NCBI GenBank assembly: GCA_964187785.1
Contig: OZ076409.1
Span: 65,288,001-65,352,000, forward strand
Source: Amphiscolops sp. MND2022
Taxonomy: Eukaryota
DNA length: 64,000 nt
Direction: 5' to 3'
Numbering within the stretch: position 1 is the first letter of the stretch; every line of letters begins with the position of its first letter. The notes under the pieces are model-generated. The model did not search any database. It was not told where the DNA came from and saw only the letters and a program-made list of their open reading frames with translations. Position numbers and translations under genes: made by a program. Below, one piece after another: positions 1 through 11,749 of the stretch.

Positions 1-1005
1 GGTCAGTTAATTTAGACTCAATCGATTCCTCCCAATTATAATCGTTGTTGAACTGTTCTGCTGCTGAACCGGAGCAGAATGTTTTGCAAAAAAGTTTTTG
101 CTGCAGAGTTCTTCAGCTTTTTTCCCAGCTGAAGTGTGCTCGAAAGCTTTCTTCAAAGAGTTTATTGCAGATTTCAGAGCCGCCGCGTTTTGTAAGATCA
201 CCTATAGCTGCACACACATTATCATTACTCTGGCCTTTTATAAACTTTCTAGCGTTGTTCACTCTAGTGTTTCTCCTTGAGATGACTTTTCCCAACATAT
301 TTGTCACAGGGTAAGAAGCAAACTACATGTTTTATTGCAGTATAGCGACATTGCAAAACTGTTTGTCAACTTTTTTCTAACTAATCCAGATAGTGTACAT
401 GCGACTAACGTATTTCCAGCAAATCAATAACCTAAACTGAGCATACAGTTGATTACATACATATCATTCAATAAACGTGACAGTTAATTAAAAGTTCGGC
501 ACAGTTTTTCACTCTGACTCACGTTTCGTTGAGTTGCTTTTCCTCAATAAATTTGCTGAGCGTTGCCCTTTATATCATCTTGCTTAAGAACGAGTGGAAG
601 AATTGTCAAAAAGCATAGAGCAATCAACGTGTGATGTGCATTGTCCTGGAGACAAACGTATTGTCGGAAACTGAAAGTGGGAGTAGTTTTGAAAACACAC
701 GTATTGCAATAAAAACACACTAACTGAAGTTACCACTGTCATTTTGGTAAACACTCTATTTTTTTCGGTATAATGTACTGTCAGACGCCTGAGCATAATA
801 TGTCGTGGCTGCGGTATCAACTTGCCTAGTTACTTCACCATTCTGTTATATCAACTTCTCCATCAACGATTTGAGAACAGAGATTTCGCTCTGTAATTTC
901 CCAAGCCTCTCTTCAATTTCACGCTGTGTTTGGTGCGTGATCGAAGGAGAAGAAGAGTTTTGTTGTCCTTGTTGATTTTCAATAATATCGGTGCTATCTA
1001 TGTTG

Positions 1006-1778
1006 TGTAACGGCAAGCTGTTATCGGTCGCTTAACACGTTAACAGAGGTGGAGGAACCTGCAGAAATGGGTGAATCGCTCGGGACAGGCGCCCATCGCC
1101 ACAGATCCATTTTGCCTCCAGGGGTGAAATACGTCCCGGGGCCGCGGGTGCTTCGACGAATACTGTCCAACCGGTCCTAGTCTTTGATTGCTAATAGTAA
1201 CGGGCATCTTTCTGGCTCTCTAAAGACCACCGCTTAACTAGCATATAAAAACAATGCCAAGAATAAGGTAAATTTCCAGTTCCAGGGTGACATGTGAATA
1301 AGATCTAAAATTGGGGAATAAGATCTAAACTAGCGCTAGCGCTACTGAATACAGCCAAAATCACTGAAAATACATGAAAACAGGCACGAATATGGCAAAC
1401 CACACAGCTAAAAAGCTGGGGCGCAGGGGCTCCAAGCACCAAACAAGGATCTTTAGGCGAAAAGACTCATTTTTACGGTTTCCGCTACATAGGGTAGCAT
1501 AATGCTGAAAATCGATAAAACCGGTGTTAGCACCTCAAAAAGAGTCTATTTTCGGATGTTCTTGCCGTCTCTGGCTTCTGTCATGGCGGCGCGCCCGTAT
1601 TTTTGCTCGTTCTTGCTCTTTGTTGTCGAAGTACCTGCCAATTTCGTGGAAACAGCGAAAAGAGCAATCACATGCTCAGTGCCACGTCACACATCGGATT
1701 AGAATTTTTGACAAAATTTCTGAACATGTCAAAGTTGCAAAATCGGTTGATATTGCTGTACCAGAGCTTGCCGTTACA
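1006..1778 (-). repeat. 3' LTR of element A
   Basis: Direct repeat of 15767-16539 (offset 14761); 14-bp terminal inverted repeat TGTAACGGCAAGCT/AGCTTGCCGTTACA. Confidence 0.96.
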
Positions 1779-1787
1779 TCACTCCCC
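1779..1787 (-). promoter_or_regulatory. Polypurine tract of element A
   Basis: GGGGAGTGA on the minus strand directly before the TG of the 3' LTR. Confidence 0.65.
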
Positions 1788-2893
1788 GGGCTTTATGCAT
1801 GACGTCCCTGTCATGCGGAGAGGCTGGCATTGAATACATCGCCACATCATGAGTGCAATCCACGGGGGTCTCAAACTGGTGATGTTGCAACGGTTCAGTG
1901 GCACTGTCATCTTTCGCTGATTGGGCAACCATGAGGTCTTGCTTCTTGCCATCCAGAGAACCTGCATGGTCCACAAACTGTTGAAACAGAGCTAGCTCGA
2001 GAGCTAGAAAACCAGTACTCAAAAATGCACCTTGAAATTAATCAAATCCAAGATTCCAGACATCAATCAAAAAAGCACCACTTTTTTAGCACGAGTTTCT
2101 GCAAAAGTCTGAATAGGATACTGCTAGCACTTTGGTTTTTGGACGTCTAAAATTTCCTTTACGGAGCGCTCACGCTCCAAAGCGCACGTGGTTCTCAGCA
2201 AAACATCTTTTCCACGGCAATAAAATTTCAGTTTGCAGCACAGTTAAAAGTTCTTTTCGCTAAAACTTCTTTTCAGCAGTAAAACCACTGTTTAAAAGGA
2301 AGACAAGCTGTTTCTTTGATACTTTTTTTTACAGTTCGGCTTGGTTTGGGCAACACGCACTGATATGCAGCTCCATACCTGTATAGAGTTCAGTAGCATC
2401 TGTCAAGGGGCGCATCAGAAGCAAACTACGAACTGCTCGTAAGAGTAAGCGCTGGAGTAAAGCAGACAAAGATAGATCAAATCTTGCCATTTGCAGATCA
2501 GGAGCGCGCGCGCTCCTTATTTTTCCGGATATCACGTTGGAATCTGGAGGAAACTTCTGGAAATCTTGGAAAAACAAAAACAAAAATAGCACCTTTCGGG
2601 CGTAGCAACACATGTAGAGTTTTTGGGTTATTTATTGCACTGGGGCTCCCCGGGCTTTAATCGTTGAGCACCTTCATTAAGATAAAGATAGCAATGACTA
2701 ACAAAAAATGCGAAGAAAATGCAAGAGGATGGATTGGGCGTTGAAGACACCCCTTCCCCCCTTGAAAAACAGTGGAGTGTGGTTCTGGCAATGGATTTCA
2801 ACGCATGCTACCAGAAGGTAACAAGCAACGCGTATTAAGCATGAGAAATCAAGATAGCAAATAGAAACTTAACAAAAAAAATTTACGTTGAGG

Positions 2894-4702
2894 CTAAGTG
2901 ATGCCAGGAAATTTTTCAATACTGGCAATGGAGACATAGACGCGATCATGCAGAAATACAGTGATTACAGTTCCTGCAAAAACGTCCATGACACTATGAT
3001 GAAAATTGTCCAAACTGCGAAGTGGGCGTTCAGGGTCCACTATGGGGAAATGAATATCAGGGGTTTCGTTGGACAATAATGAAGCTTTCAAGTGCTCCAA
3101 GCATAAGACAAAGTCATCGGTGACTTGTGGTGAACGCTGGGAGGGGCGTGTTATCATTAGGTGAATAACTTGACTATCCAATAAAGACAATGAGGATGGG
3201 AGAGTTAGGACTTCACCAACTGTTGGGCGAAGTTGGAATATTTTGTCGCTGCCACACTCGCGAAGAATGTAGCGCAAGGCAGCAGAATTGGTATTAAGGT
3301 CTGCAGGGCAGCAATTTGCTACGTGGCCCTGCACCTGCAAGAGATCAGTTTGGTCGTAAACAATGTAGTCGACGAAATTTGGTCGTAGGGCACCAAGAAA
3401 CACAATCTGACGTCCGGGGCCTTTTTCATCAGCTGGGTGTATATGGTTCTGTCCACGAATAGCAGATAGATCCTGCCATACGGACCTCGACAGAGACTGA
3501 TTATCCACATTTGCTGTTGACCATGAATCCAGGGTACCAAGTGCAGTGTGGATCGTTACAGGCTCGGTGAAGGAATGGGTCCAATCATCCAAAAGGCGGA
3601 TACGCGGGAAGCTGGCGAACAAAGTGATAATCAGCTCTAGCCACCATCGGAACCGTAGTTTTCCACGATAAAGATCAACGATGTGGAAGCACAAAATGAG
3701 TTCCTCAGTGACAACAGTCCGCAAACTCTCTAGACAGCTCCGGAAGCTGTCAGGCTGGACCAAAGAGTGAGCATGTGGGGCAGTTACAAGCAACCACCAA
3801 TATTGGGCTGGGCGATACACTTCACCAGCCTGACAGGTTATGCCGTATTTGTCAGATAGGAGGTCAGCGGTGATACAGCGGACCATTTGGATGGGTTCCC
3901 TCTCATAATTGAAAGGTCCAAATACAATGTTAGGAGTGACAGGAGGCACTGTGACGGCAAGCGTGAATTCCAATCCGCGGAGATCGCTTGTCCACTCTTT
4001 GAAGCGAGGACAAGGTTCCTCAGCAATCTTGGATTTAGATAATTCTTCCAGCACGACGTCTACAGGGAAGATACGTTCTCGTTCTAGACCGGTGTATGTC
4101 TTCTCTGCGCAGATGACAACGCGACTGACAAGAAGCTTACCATTGTGGATAAAGGGTTGAGGCTTTGGATCCACCGGAGCTTTCACAGGTCCAAGTGGGA
4201 TAGTGGGTGATTTGTTCAGAGCCATGACACAAGTGCAATCGCGAAGCCCACAGGTTCCACATCGATATCGAGGTACTCGATTCCGGCGTAAGCCATAGTG
4301 TGGGTTAACCTGAGTTGCGCCTTGGTCAACATCGGATGTAAGCTGCGCGGTGGGCGCAGCAGAGTCAGAATCCGATGTAATTGATGGCTGTGTGTCAATT
4401 TCACGAGCTGTTTGCCGTGAAGAAATAGTGTGTCCTCGTGGCCTTCGAGGAGGTCGTCCTCGAGGACATCCTCTGCGACTGGGAGTCCTTTGAGCGCGCA
4501 CGCTCACGTTCTGCGGCCAGGAATTTGTTGCTCGTGTCGAACAACGAGATAGAGCAGCTCGCGATCTGCCCCTGCCACGCGTGCTAGGGACATTGTTCCG
4601 AGCAGTTGGCTCGTTGGTGTTGGATAACTCGGTGTCACGGGTTTCAGTGTTTTGGAGGTTGGAGGTACCATTCGGCAATTGGGGAATACTAATAGGCCAC
4701 AT
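2894..4702 (-). CDS. Post-integrase 602-aa ORF (probably a frameshifted Pol C-terminus): Arg-rich region, Cys cluster and two degenerate TARG1/OARD1-like macrodomains
   Basis: Overlaps the integrase ORF end; RCGTCGLRDCTC; two segments with the pattern (H/C)C.SAD...GEV...L.T...F..CL..L...I.FP.. at about 3585-3931 and 2945-3375. Confidence 0.7.
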   Translation of the reverse strand: MWPISIPQLPNGTSNLQNTETRDTELSNTNEPTARNNVPSTRGRGRSRAALSRCSTRATNSWPQNVSVRAQRTPSRRGCPRGRPPRRPRGHTISSRQTAREIDTQPSITSDSDSAAPTAQLTSDVDQGATQVNPHYGLRRNRVPRYRCGTCGLRDCTCVMALNKSPTIPLGPVKAPVDPKPQPFIHNGKLLVSRVVICAEKTYTGLERERIFPVDVVLEELSKSKIAEEPCPRFKEWTSDLRGLEFTLAVTVPPVTPNIVFGPFNYEREPIQMVRCITADLLSDKYGITCQAGEVYRPAQYWWLLVTAPHAHSLVQPDSFRSCLESLRTVVTEELILCFHIVDLYRGKLRFRWWLELIITLFASFPRIRLLDDWTHSFTEPVTIHTALGTLDSWSTANVDNQSLSRSVWQDLSAIRGQNHIHPADEKGPGRQIVFLGALRPNFVDYIVYDQTDLLQVQGHVANCCPADLNTNSAALRYILRECGSDKIFQLRPTVGEVLTLPSSLSLLDSQVIHLMITRPSQRSPQVTDDFVLCLEHLKASLLSNETPDIHFPIVDPERPLRSLDNFHHSVMDVFAGTVITVFLHDRVYVSIASIEKFPGIT

Positions 4703-6440
4703 CCGTCAATGTAGGATTCGTCAACAGAGGAGCAGATGTACCAGCTAGTGATACTTCGGCTTCTCCAGTTGCAACGGGAATACCTTGCAATTGAGGTACT
4801 TCAGGAATAACTTCAGATTCGGATAAAAATGGAAGCTCGTAGTCATTGGCAGGTTCAAATGACCGAGGTTGTTCATCGGGAGGCATTGAAGCTTCGCTTA
4901 GCGCCGGAGGTTCTTCCTGGGAATGATCTTGGGCATCTGACGGCAAGTTGTCAGAGCGCGAACGCTCTGGATCGGAACTGGAATAGTCAAATTGCTGATA
5001 GTGGAGACGACTGCCTCCAGCTCGCATTCTAGTACGCAACCTGGTGTCCATCCAGTGGCGTCTCCTTGATGGTAGCGATACATCTGATGCTTCAGAGAGC
5101 GGTTCTTCCTCGCGATATGAGGGTTGTGAGCAGTCATCTCGGATTTTCTCAGCAGAGTGCTCAGGCTCAGGATCCATGACAACGACCACTTCGCCACTCC
5201 CCGAGGGAAGCGCAACAAACTCCGTAGGGCCACCATGATGAGGTTTTAGCCGCTCAAAGTGCACTTTTTGTCCTGAGTCCAGGATATAGACGCGGCCATC
5301 TTGTAGTACATGGACAACCTTGTGCGGACCACGCCAAGCTCTCATCAACTTCGGTGATCCTTTTTGAGGTACATAGCGGCAGAATACCCAAACGGGGTCT
5401 CTCACATTGTATGCGTTTGCACGAATAGCTCGATCGTACTTTAGCTTTTGACGTTGTTGCGCCTGATGCGTGTTTCTACGCACCAAGTCATGAATCTCTT
5501 GCTGGCGAGCAAGAATATTCTCCACATAAGCTCCGTGTGATTCAAAGGGTCTGGCTGCAAACTCCGGATACAGATAGGTGAGAGGAATAGCCTTTTCGGT
5601 CCCTCGGGTCAGCATGTAGGGTGAAAACCCAGTCGTGGCGTGGCGCGTTGAGTTATACGCTCCCATGACTTCATCCAAATGCTGGTCCCAATCTCTCATG
5701 CGACGCGAGCAAAATACCCGCAACAAAGTCAGCAAAGTCCGGTTTTGTCGTTCAACCAGGCCTTGGGTGCGCGGATGACCCGCCGTAGAGGTAACTTTTG
5801 TGACCTGAGATGCCCTCATGAACTCATTGGATACCTCTGCAGTCAAGGTGGGGGCATTGTCTGATTGCATCCGCGTAGGCGTGCCGTGTCTGGCAAACCA
5901 TTTCTGCAAAAGCAACCTAGACGTGGTCACGGCATCGTAGTCTTCATGGCTGCAAGGTACAGCCTCCGCAAACTTGGAGAAATGGTCAATTATCACCAAT
6001 ATGCCGGTGTTATTGTTATCGGAGGGGCATATTTTCAGATGGTCATACTGGACCAACTCATTGAAGTACCCACTTTGGATATTTTTCAAGTGAAACCGAA
6101 CGTCACCCGGCCTGTCACGTACTTGCTGGCACGTGAGGCACTGACTCACGTACTGACCAACACTGCGGCGAATACCTGGCCAGGTGTGGCGTTCTTGGAT
6201 TCGCGAAACCACCTTTGCAATGCCTTGGTGGCCCATGGCATCATGAGCACGAAACAAAATTTCATGCTGGTACAATTGTGGCATTACAATCATGCACGGA
6301 CGTTCGTGCAATGGACGTTGCTGAGGTGGATACTTAACACAAAGAATTCCATTTTTGTTTACAAACAGAAGATCTTTTTTTCTGCTTGTAATAGTTACGT
6401 GCGAACGCACGCACGTCGTCAGGAAAAATGTCATGATCAA
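4689..6440 (-). pseudogene. pol: Pol part 2: integrase (HHCC zinc finger, DDE core, GPY/F module) plus low-complexity tail
   Basis: AHDAMGH...CLTC; VQYDHL, IIDHFSK, MQSDNA, QGLVERQN; WRGPHKV. Confidence 0.93.
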
Positions 6441-6635
6441 TAGTCTCTTGTGCTACCAACTTCTTTATGGCTAGAACATGCACATCACGATTCTGCGCCA
6501 AAACAGATCCTTGATGCCATGCACCGTGTTGGCATGTTCATGAAGTTCCGTTTCTATGTCTTTGATGGCTAGGGCAGCTTGCCTAACCACCGTTGGAGCG
6601 GAAGCCATGGCTTGCTCCACTGTTTCGTCAAGGGC

Positions 6636-9600
6636 TTATGTCATGCGTGAGGGGACATTTGCCACATGTGTAGGCAGCAAGTAATCTTGCCTAGCCTCTT
6701 CAGTGACGTCAATCCAGTCCTCAGGATAATCTGGATAGAAGTCTTCGTGAGTTTGCAATGTAGGCACTGGTGCCTCAGGTAGAGGAGCGCGTAGCGCCTT
6801 CTCCCTTTTCTCAGCGGCCTGACGGCGCTTACGCCGTCGTGCAACACGACAAACTGCATTTGTGGGGTCTGTATTAGTGTTCCGCAAGTGAGCGGTCAAT
6901 TGGGGGTGATTGGGTATCACCCGACCATGCAAATCGAACCAAGGTGCAACGGGCAGCTGGTCAAACTCCTCCTGTGAGAGGAAATTCCATTTGTCCGTTA
7001 CAGCTGGCAGCTTCTCGAGCTGCTTCTCTCGCCACCGATAATCATTGGTTCGTTTACTGAGGCCATCGGCATTCCTATGCTGTGTCCTGGGACGATGCTC
7101 CACTTTGAAATGGTACTTCTTGAGTGCCATTACCCATTGACCAATCAAGGCCTGATCAGTGGAATACGTTTTGAGCCAAGAGAGAGCTTGATTGTCAACC
7201 CGAAGGATGAACTTTCTGGAGCAGAGATAACTGTGATTCTTCAAGATGAAATAATAAGCTGCGTACATTTCAAGCTTAGGAGCGCCATACTTCGCTTGAG
7301 TGGCATTCAACTTCTTGCTACCATACACAATTGGTCTTAGGCGCCTTTCGCCCGGAGGACCCTGCCACTGATGCAAAATGCCGGAAATTGCAACAGCACT
7401 GGCATCAGTGTCCAGCACAAATTCGCCCTCCGAGTCCGGTTGCGCCAAGGCAGTTGCCTCGATCAAAGCCAATTTGACGGCGTTGAAAGCCTGTTGCTGC
7501 TCATCCCCCCAGGCGAAAGTCGCGCCCAGGCCGGTAATAGCATGCAAGGGGGCCACAAGCTTGGCGTGCCAAGGAATAAACTCTCGATAATAGTTGGCGA
7601 AGCTCAAAAAGCTTTGCATCTCCGTTTTGTTCCTCGGTACTTCCCAATCGCGTAGTTTTGCCACTGCTTTAGGATCAGGTTTGATACCTTCGGCAGAGAC
7701 CACACGTCCCAGGTACTTGATTTCCGACTTCATAAAGTCGCACTTAGCGACTCTCATTTTGAAGCCAGCTTCGCGCAGACATTCAAATACCTCGCGTAAG
7801 CGTACCATGTGGTCCTCGACTGTCTCGGTAGCAATGACGATGTCGTCAATGTACGCTATCACCATGCTTCCTTCACGGTTCACAATTTTCCGTAGCGCTC
7901 GCGCTATGGCTCGCTGGAAAGTAGCTGAAGCATTACACATCCCAAAGGGCATACGTCTCCATTCAAACAAACCCAGCTCGCAAGCAAAGGCCGTTTTCTG
8001 CCTATCTGCTTTGCGGACTGGTATCTGCCAGAAAGCCCAGGCCAAATCAATACTGGTGTAAATCTTGGCCTTACCCAAGCGTGAAAGGCTTTCATCGATG
8101 CGTGGGAGGGGATACGCAACCTTTATTGTTACAGCGTTGAGGGGGCGAAAGTCGCAGCAGAACCGCAACTCCCCATTTTTCTTTTTTACCATCACAATTC
8201 CACTCGCCCAAAGTGATAGCGAAGGTTGGATCATGCCCAAAGCCAGGAGATTGCGTACCTCCTGATTGGCACGCTCAGCCTTTTCAGGGGACATCCTACG
8301 AGCACCTTCACGATGCGGTACAGCCCCAGGCTCCAACTCAACAGGATGCTTGGCTATTGTGCAGCGACCAATGTCTGCTTTGTGCTTCATGAATAGGTCA
8401 TCAAATTCCGTTAGGATGTTGTTCAGCAAGTCGCGGGCAGTCTTCCCCCACAACTTTTGTACCTCCTCTAACTGAGATTCGGGTCCAGGAATAGGGGCCA
8501 TGAGATCAGGGTCAGTGCGCTTTCTGATCTCGCGCTCTGACAACCCCTCCTCCGATGGGTCTGTAGAGGAGAGAAACTCGAACTCCGACGACGACGAACA
8601 TTTTGAATGCGAGTTCAGGTCCATTTCAGAATAGACCCTGTTGACGAACTCATTTGGGGAGTCCGATTTTTCGTCACTCTCGCCTTTGTGCGCTAGCGCA
8701 CATTGGGGGACTGCTTGGTAGACAAGGCGTACTGGCGCAGCAGTACCAAGCATGGTGCCGCACTTCACTTTCTGGGCATTGCTTGTCAGATTGCCAACAG
8801 AGACATAGAACGAACCTGTCTCTCCAACAGTGGCTATAGTGTCTTCCACGAATATAGTGTTCTTCAGCAATCGGTTCGGTGTTGCAAAGTTCATCACAAC
8901 ATTACTGAAAGCAAAAGCTTCCAAGTTCGAAGTGACCAACTTAGCTCGTAAAACAGCACGTTCAAATGGCTGGAGGACTATGTCTTGATCCAAGACTACT
9001 GTGCTGGATAAAGCTTCGTCACTCGTCTGGGCGTGTGCGTGATGCCACACAGGCTTAGCCGGTGCTCGCACCACAATTTTCATGGAGGTCAGATCTACCA
9101 GCACGTTGTATGTTCGCAGAAAATTCCTACCCCGCAAGAAATCTTCCAAGCCATGCGCGTCATCAACGACCACGAAATTTGTTTCGAGTTCATATCCACC
9201 AAGTTGGAAGCGCACACGCTCCGCTATTCCAAACGTTTTTATCGTCTTCCCATTAGCAGCATACAAGTCGATTCGATAAGGTTGTAGCGCTACACCTGTC
9301 CGCAAGGCTACACGATTGAAGGCTGAGAAACTCCTGATTGATACGCCTGACCCCGTGTCGACCATTCCTCTCAGTGGAATAGGGTTGGCATCTGGCACTG
9401 CAAAAGATACTACGAGCGACGCATGCTCATCTATGCGGGCCTCACCTGTGGGCTCTTGCTTGCTGATGCTATAGCAGCGGAGTTCATGTGGCCCTAGACA
9501 CACTCCCTGAGGGAACACATCTACTACCACGCTAGCATCAAATTTCATGTCCACGCCATCTATGTTAGCGTGCACCGGAACAGGCGAGTATGCCGTGCAT

Positions 9601-9830
9601 GTGCTAGCTTCGCCTTCAGTGTACCATTCCTTTGGCAGTGGCAAGGAGATCCTCTTGACAGCTGGATTGCTAGCTAACTCCAGCTTCAGTTTTTCCAAAG
9701 TCAAATCCGGGCGTATTTGTTGCTCCGAGGCCAGCACTAGGTGTACAGACAATAAAGTCCGGCCACTACTGTCAAACGTTGTGGACTCCAAACCTGTCTG
9801 CACCTGCTTTGTGCCACAGGTGACAGTCAA
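6636..9830 (-). pseudogene. pol: Pol part 1: aspartic protease, reverse transcriptase, RNase H
   Basis: MVDTGSG (PR); FCCDFRPLN, IDLAWAFWQIP, MPFG, YIDD (RT); LDTDASA, KLEMYA, VDNQAL, NADGLS (RNase H); in-frame stops at 9849-9851 and 6636-6638. Confidence 0.95.
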
Positions 9831-10319
9831 TGGAGCATTTACGGTGGCTTAGTCAGCTGGACGTAGCATTAATACCCTGCCAGAGGCAGTAGACAGGGTT
9901 TGCGTTGCATCCGTTTTCTTCTTTTCTTCAGCCCTAGGGCTGGAAGTTTCTGACTGGATTGATAATGTTGGACAACCTGCAGACACCTCAGTTGTGCACG
10001 ATTTCACTGGAACAGCAGGCGCTGGAACCGCTGCTGCAGCACCTTGCTGGGGCTCACTATGTGGGTCAAGAATATGCTCCGGGCGATGCACCACCAGCTT
10101 GCGTCTCGCGCAAGCACTCTGCAAGCAGCGCGCGGATTGCTCTAAGGTTGCGGTCTGTCTGTATTCAGGGGTTGTGTGTACTGACGCAGTCGGCATCGGC
10201 AATCGCGCCGACCGGCGTTCAAGGGGTGGCAGCGATTCATACTGCGGAGCCAATGGTGACCCCGGCACTTGGTCGCTCTGTAGGCACTGGTAAGGTACAG
10301 TCTCGGTGCACCCTGGGTC

Positions 10320-11198
10320 ACGAGGCTGTTGTTGGTGACGACTCCTTTGGAGTTCCTGTACAGTGAACCGAAGTGACTCCAGTCAGGCTAGATACGCCTC
10401 AGTCGCAAACACTACCGTCAGTTCTCGTTGCAACACGGGTTAGCTGACCCCATCCATGAACCGATGCAAGATTTCATAGCGTCGGGTTGTGATAGGCTCA
10501 TCAGGAAAACCCTGACTCCTCAGACCCTCTAATGCATCTAGATACTGCATCAGGCCCTCTTTCTCAAGCTGATTCCGCAACCTGAAAGCCTGCCTCACTG
10601 GCCAGCGGCTTTTCCCAGTCCCAAATCTGCTGGAGAGCAAGGTAGTCACCTTCTCGTGAGAATCCCGTTCGGACTCCGGTTTGTTGATTATAAATTTCCG
10701 AGCTTCATCACCTAAGTGATCGATTATCGCCCAGGCCTTGTCGACAGGTGAAGCATTGGAATAAACTCGCTCCAAATTCCGTTTCATCACGAGCAACCAC
10801 TCTTCAACAGTCCCGTCTTTCGAACCTCTGTATAAGGTTGGTCGAACAGCGGTTTGATCACGATTGGCAATCAAGGGAGCTAACGCTTTAGCTATAGTTT
10901 TGGATATCGCCTTCGTGAATTTCAACTGTTCGGGAGATATCAATTCATCTTTTGGGTCATCAGTACCATGATTGTCCTCGAGCAACCCGCCTCGATCCCT
11001 AGGCGACGTGTGAGCCATGCCCATGGTTGCGTTGTTCAAAGATATCGAGGCCGGTTCATCGATTGGTTGTGCTGCGCTGGTGCCCTCTCCCCCCTTCAAA
11101 AGGAAGCAGAGGCGTTGGAATTCTTCCGAAGGTTTCATTCCAGTGTTAGATGTAGCAGAATGTGGCTCAAAGGAGTCTTTCAGCAAACTCGGTAGCAA
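10320..11198 (-). pseudogene. gag: Gag (capsid-like) of element A, with stops
   Basis: ORF 10440-11198 has retrotransposon capsid-like patterns (TLYRGSKDGTVEEWL, LLSSRFG, FRLRNQ...YLDALEGL, HRFMDGV) and continues past a stop (PVLQRELT...ESLRFTVQELQR). Confidence 0.8.
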
Positions 11199-11749
11199 CC
11201 TCGCCTCTCAACCTCAAGAGATTTGGGTATTTTGCAATTGCCCAAAAGAGTTCTCTGCAAATTTGGCGTAATATTCGGCGTTGGTGCTACTCAATACAGC
11301 GGAATAACACCAAAATGAGGCACCAGAGTGTTCAAAAAGGTGTCACACTTGGGCAATCCGGTCAAACTTTTCGTCACTAGGAAGTTGCTCCTCTCAAAAT
11401 CTCGTGATTTTGGCTAAGTCGGAACACTCAGGGTATCTTTTGGATATCGAAAACCCTGGTCAAGGTAACTCCTAGAGATTTTCGTTTGGAAAAATGTAGT
11501 CCAGAGCGCCTCGCAGGCACTTAAAACTGCTGCCTTGAACTGTTCAGGATCAAATTTCAAAGTTCCAGAGGAGTCCAAAATTTATGCCCCTGCCGGCAAT
11601 TTTTTTGAACCGTGGGATTTGCCTCGTTTGCACCCAGGAAGGTCTACTGGGTTCGTTCCGTTGGAAAATGAAGGCTTTTTAGGTCTGCCTCCTGTACAGC
11701 GGAAGTATTGAGGATTTACAATGATAGTTTTTTTGATGGATTCTTGGGA

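Noticed and set aside
45..310. Possible host exon with a hydrophobic segment and a GG|GTAAGA donor
   Set aside because: Could not link it to a compatible downstream exon or a recognisable domain
1241..1275. Antisense TATAAAA in the element A LTR
   Set aside because: A single short motif with no supporting antisense ORF
2888..11380. Numerous plus-strand ORFs over element A
   Set aside because: Antisense shadows of gag-pol with no independent evidence
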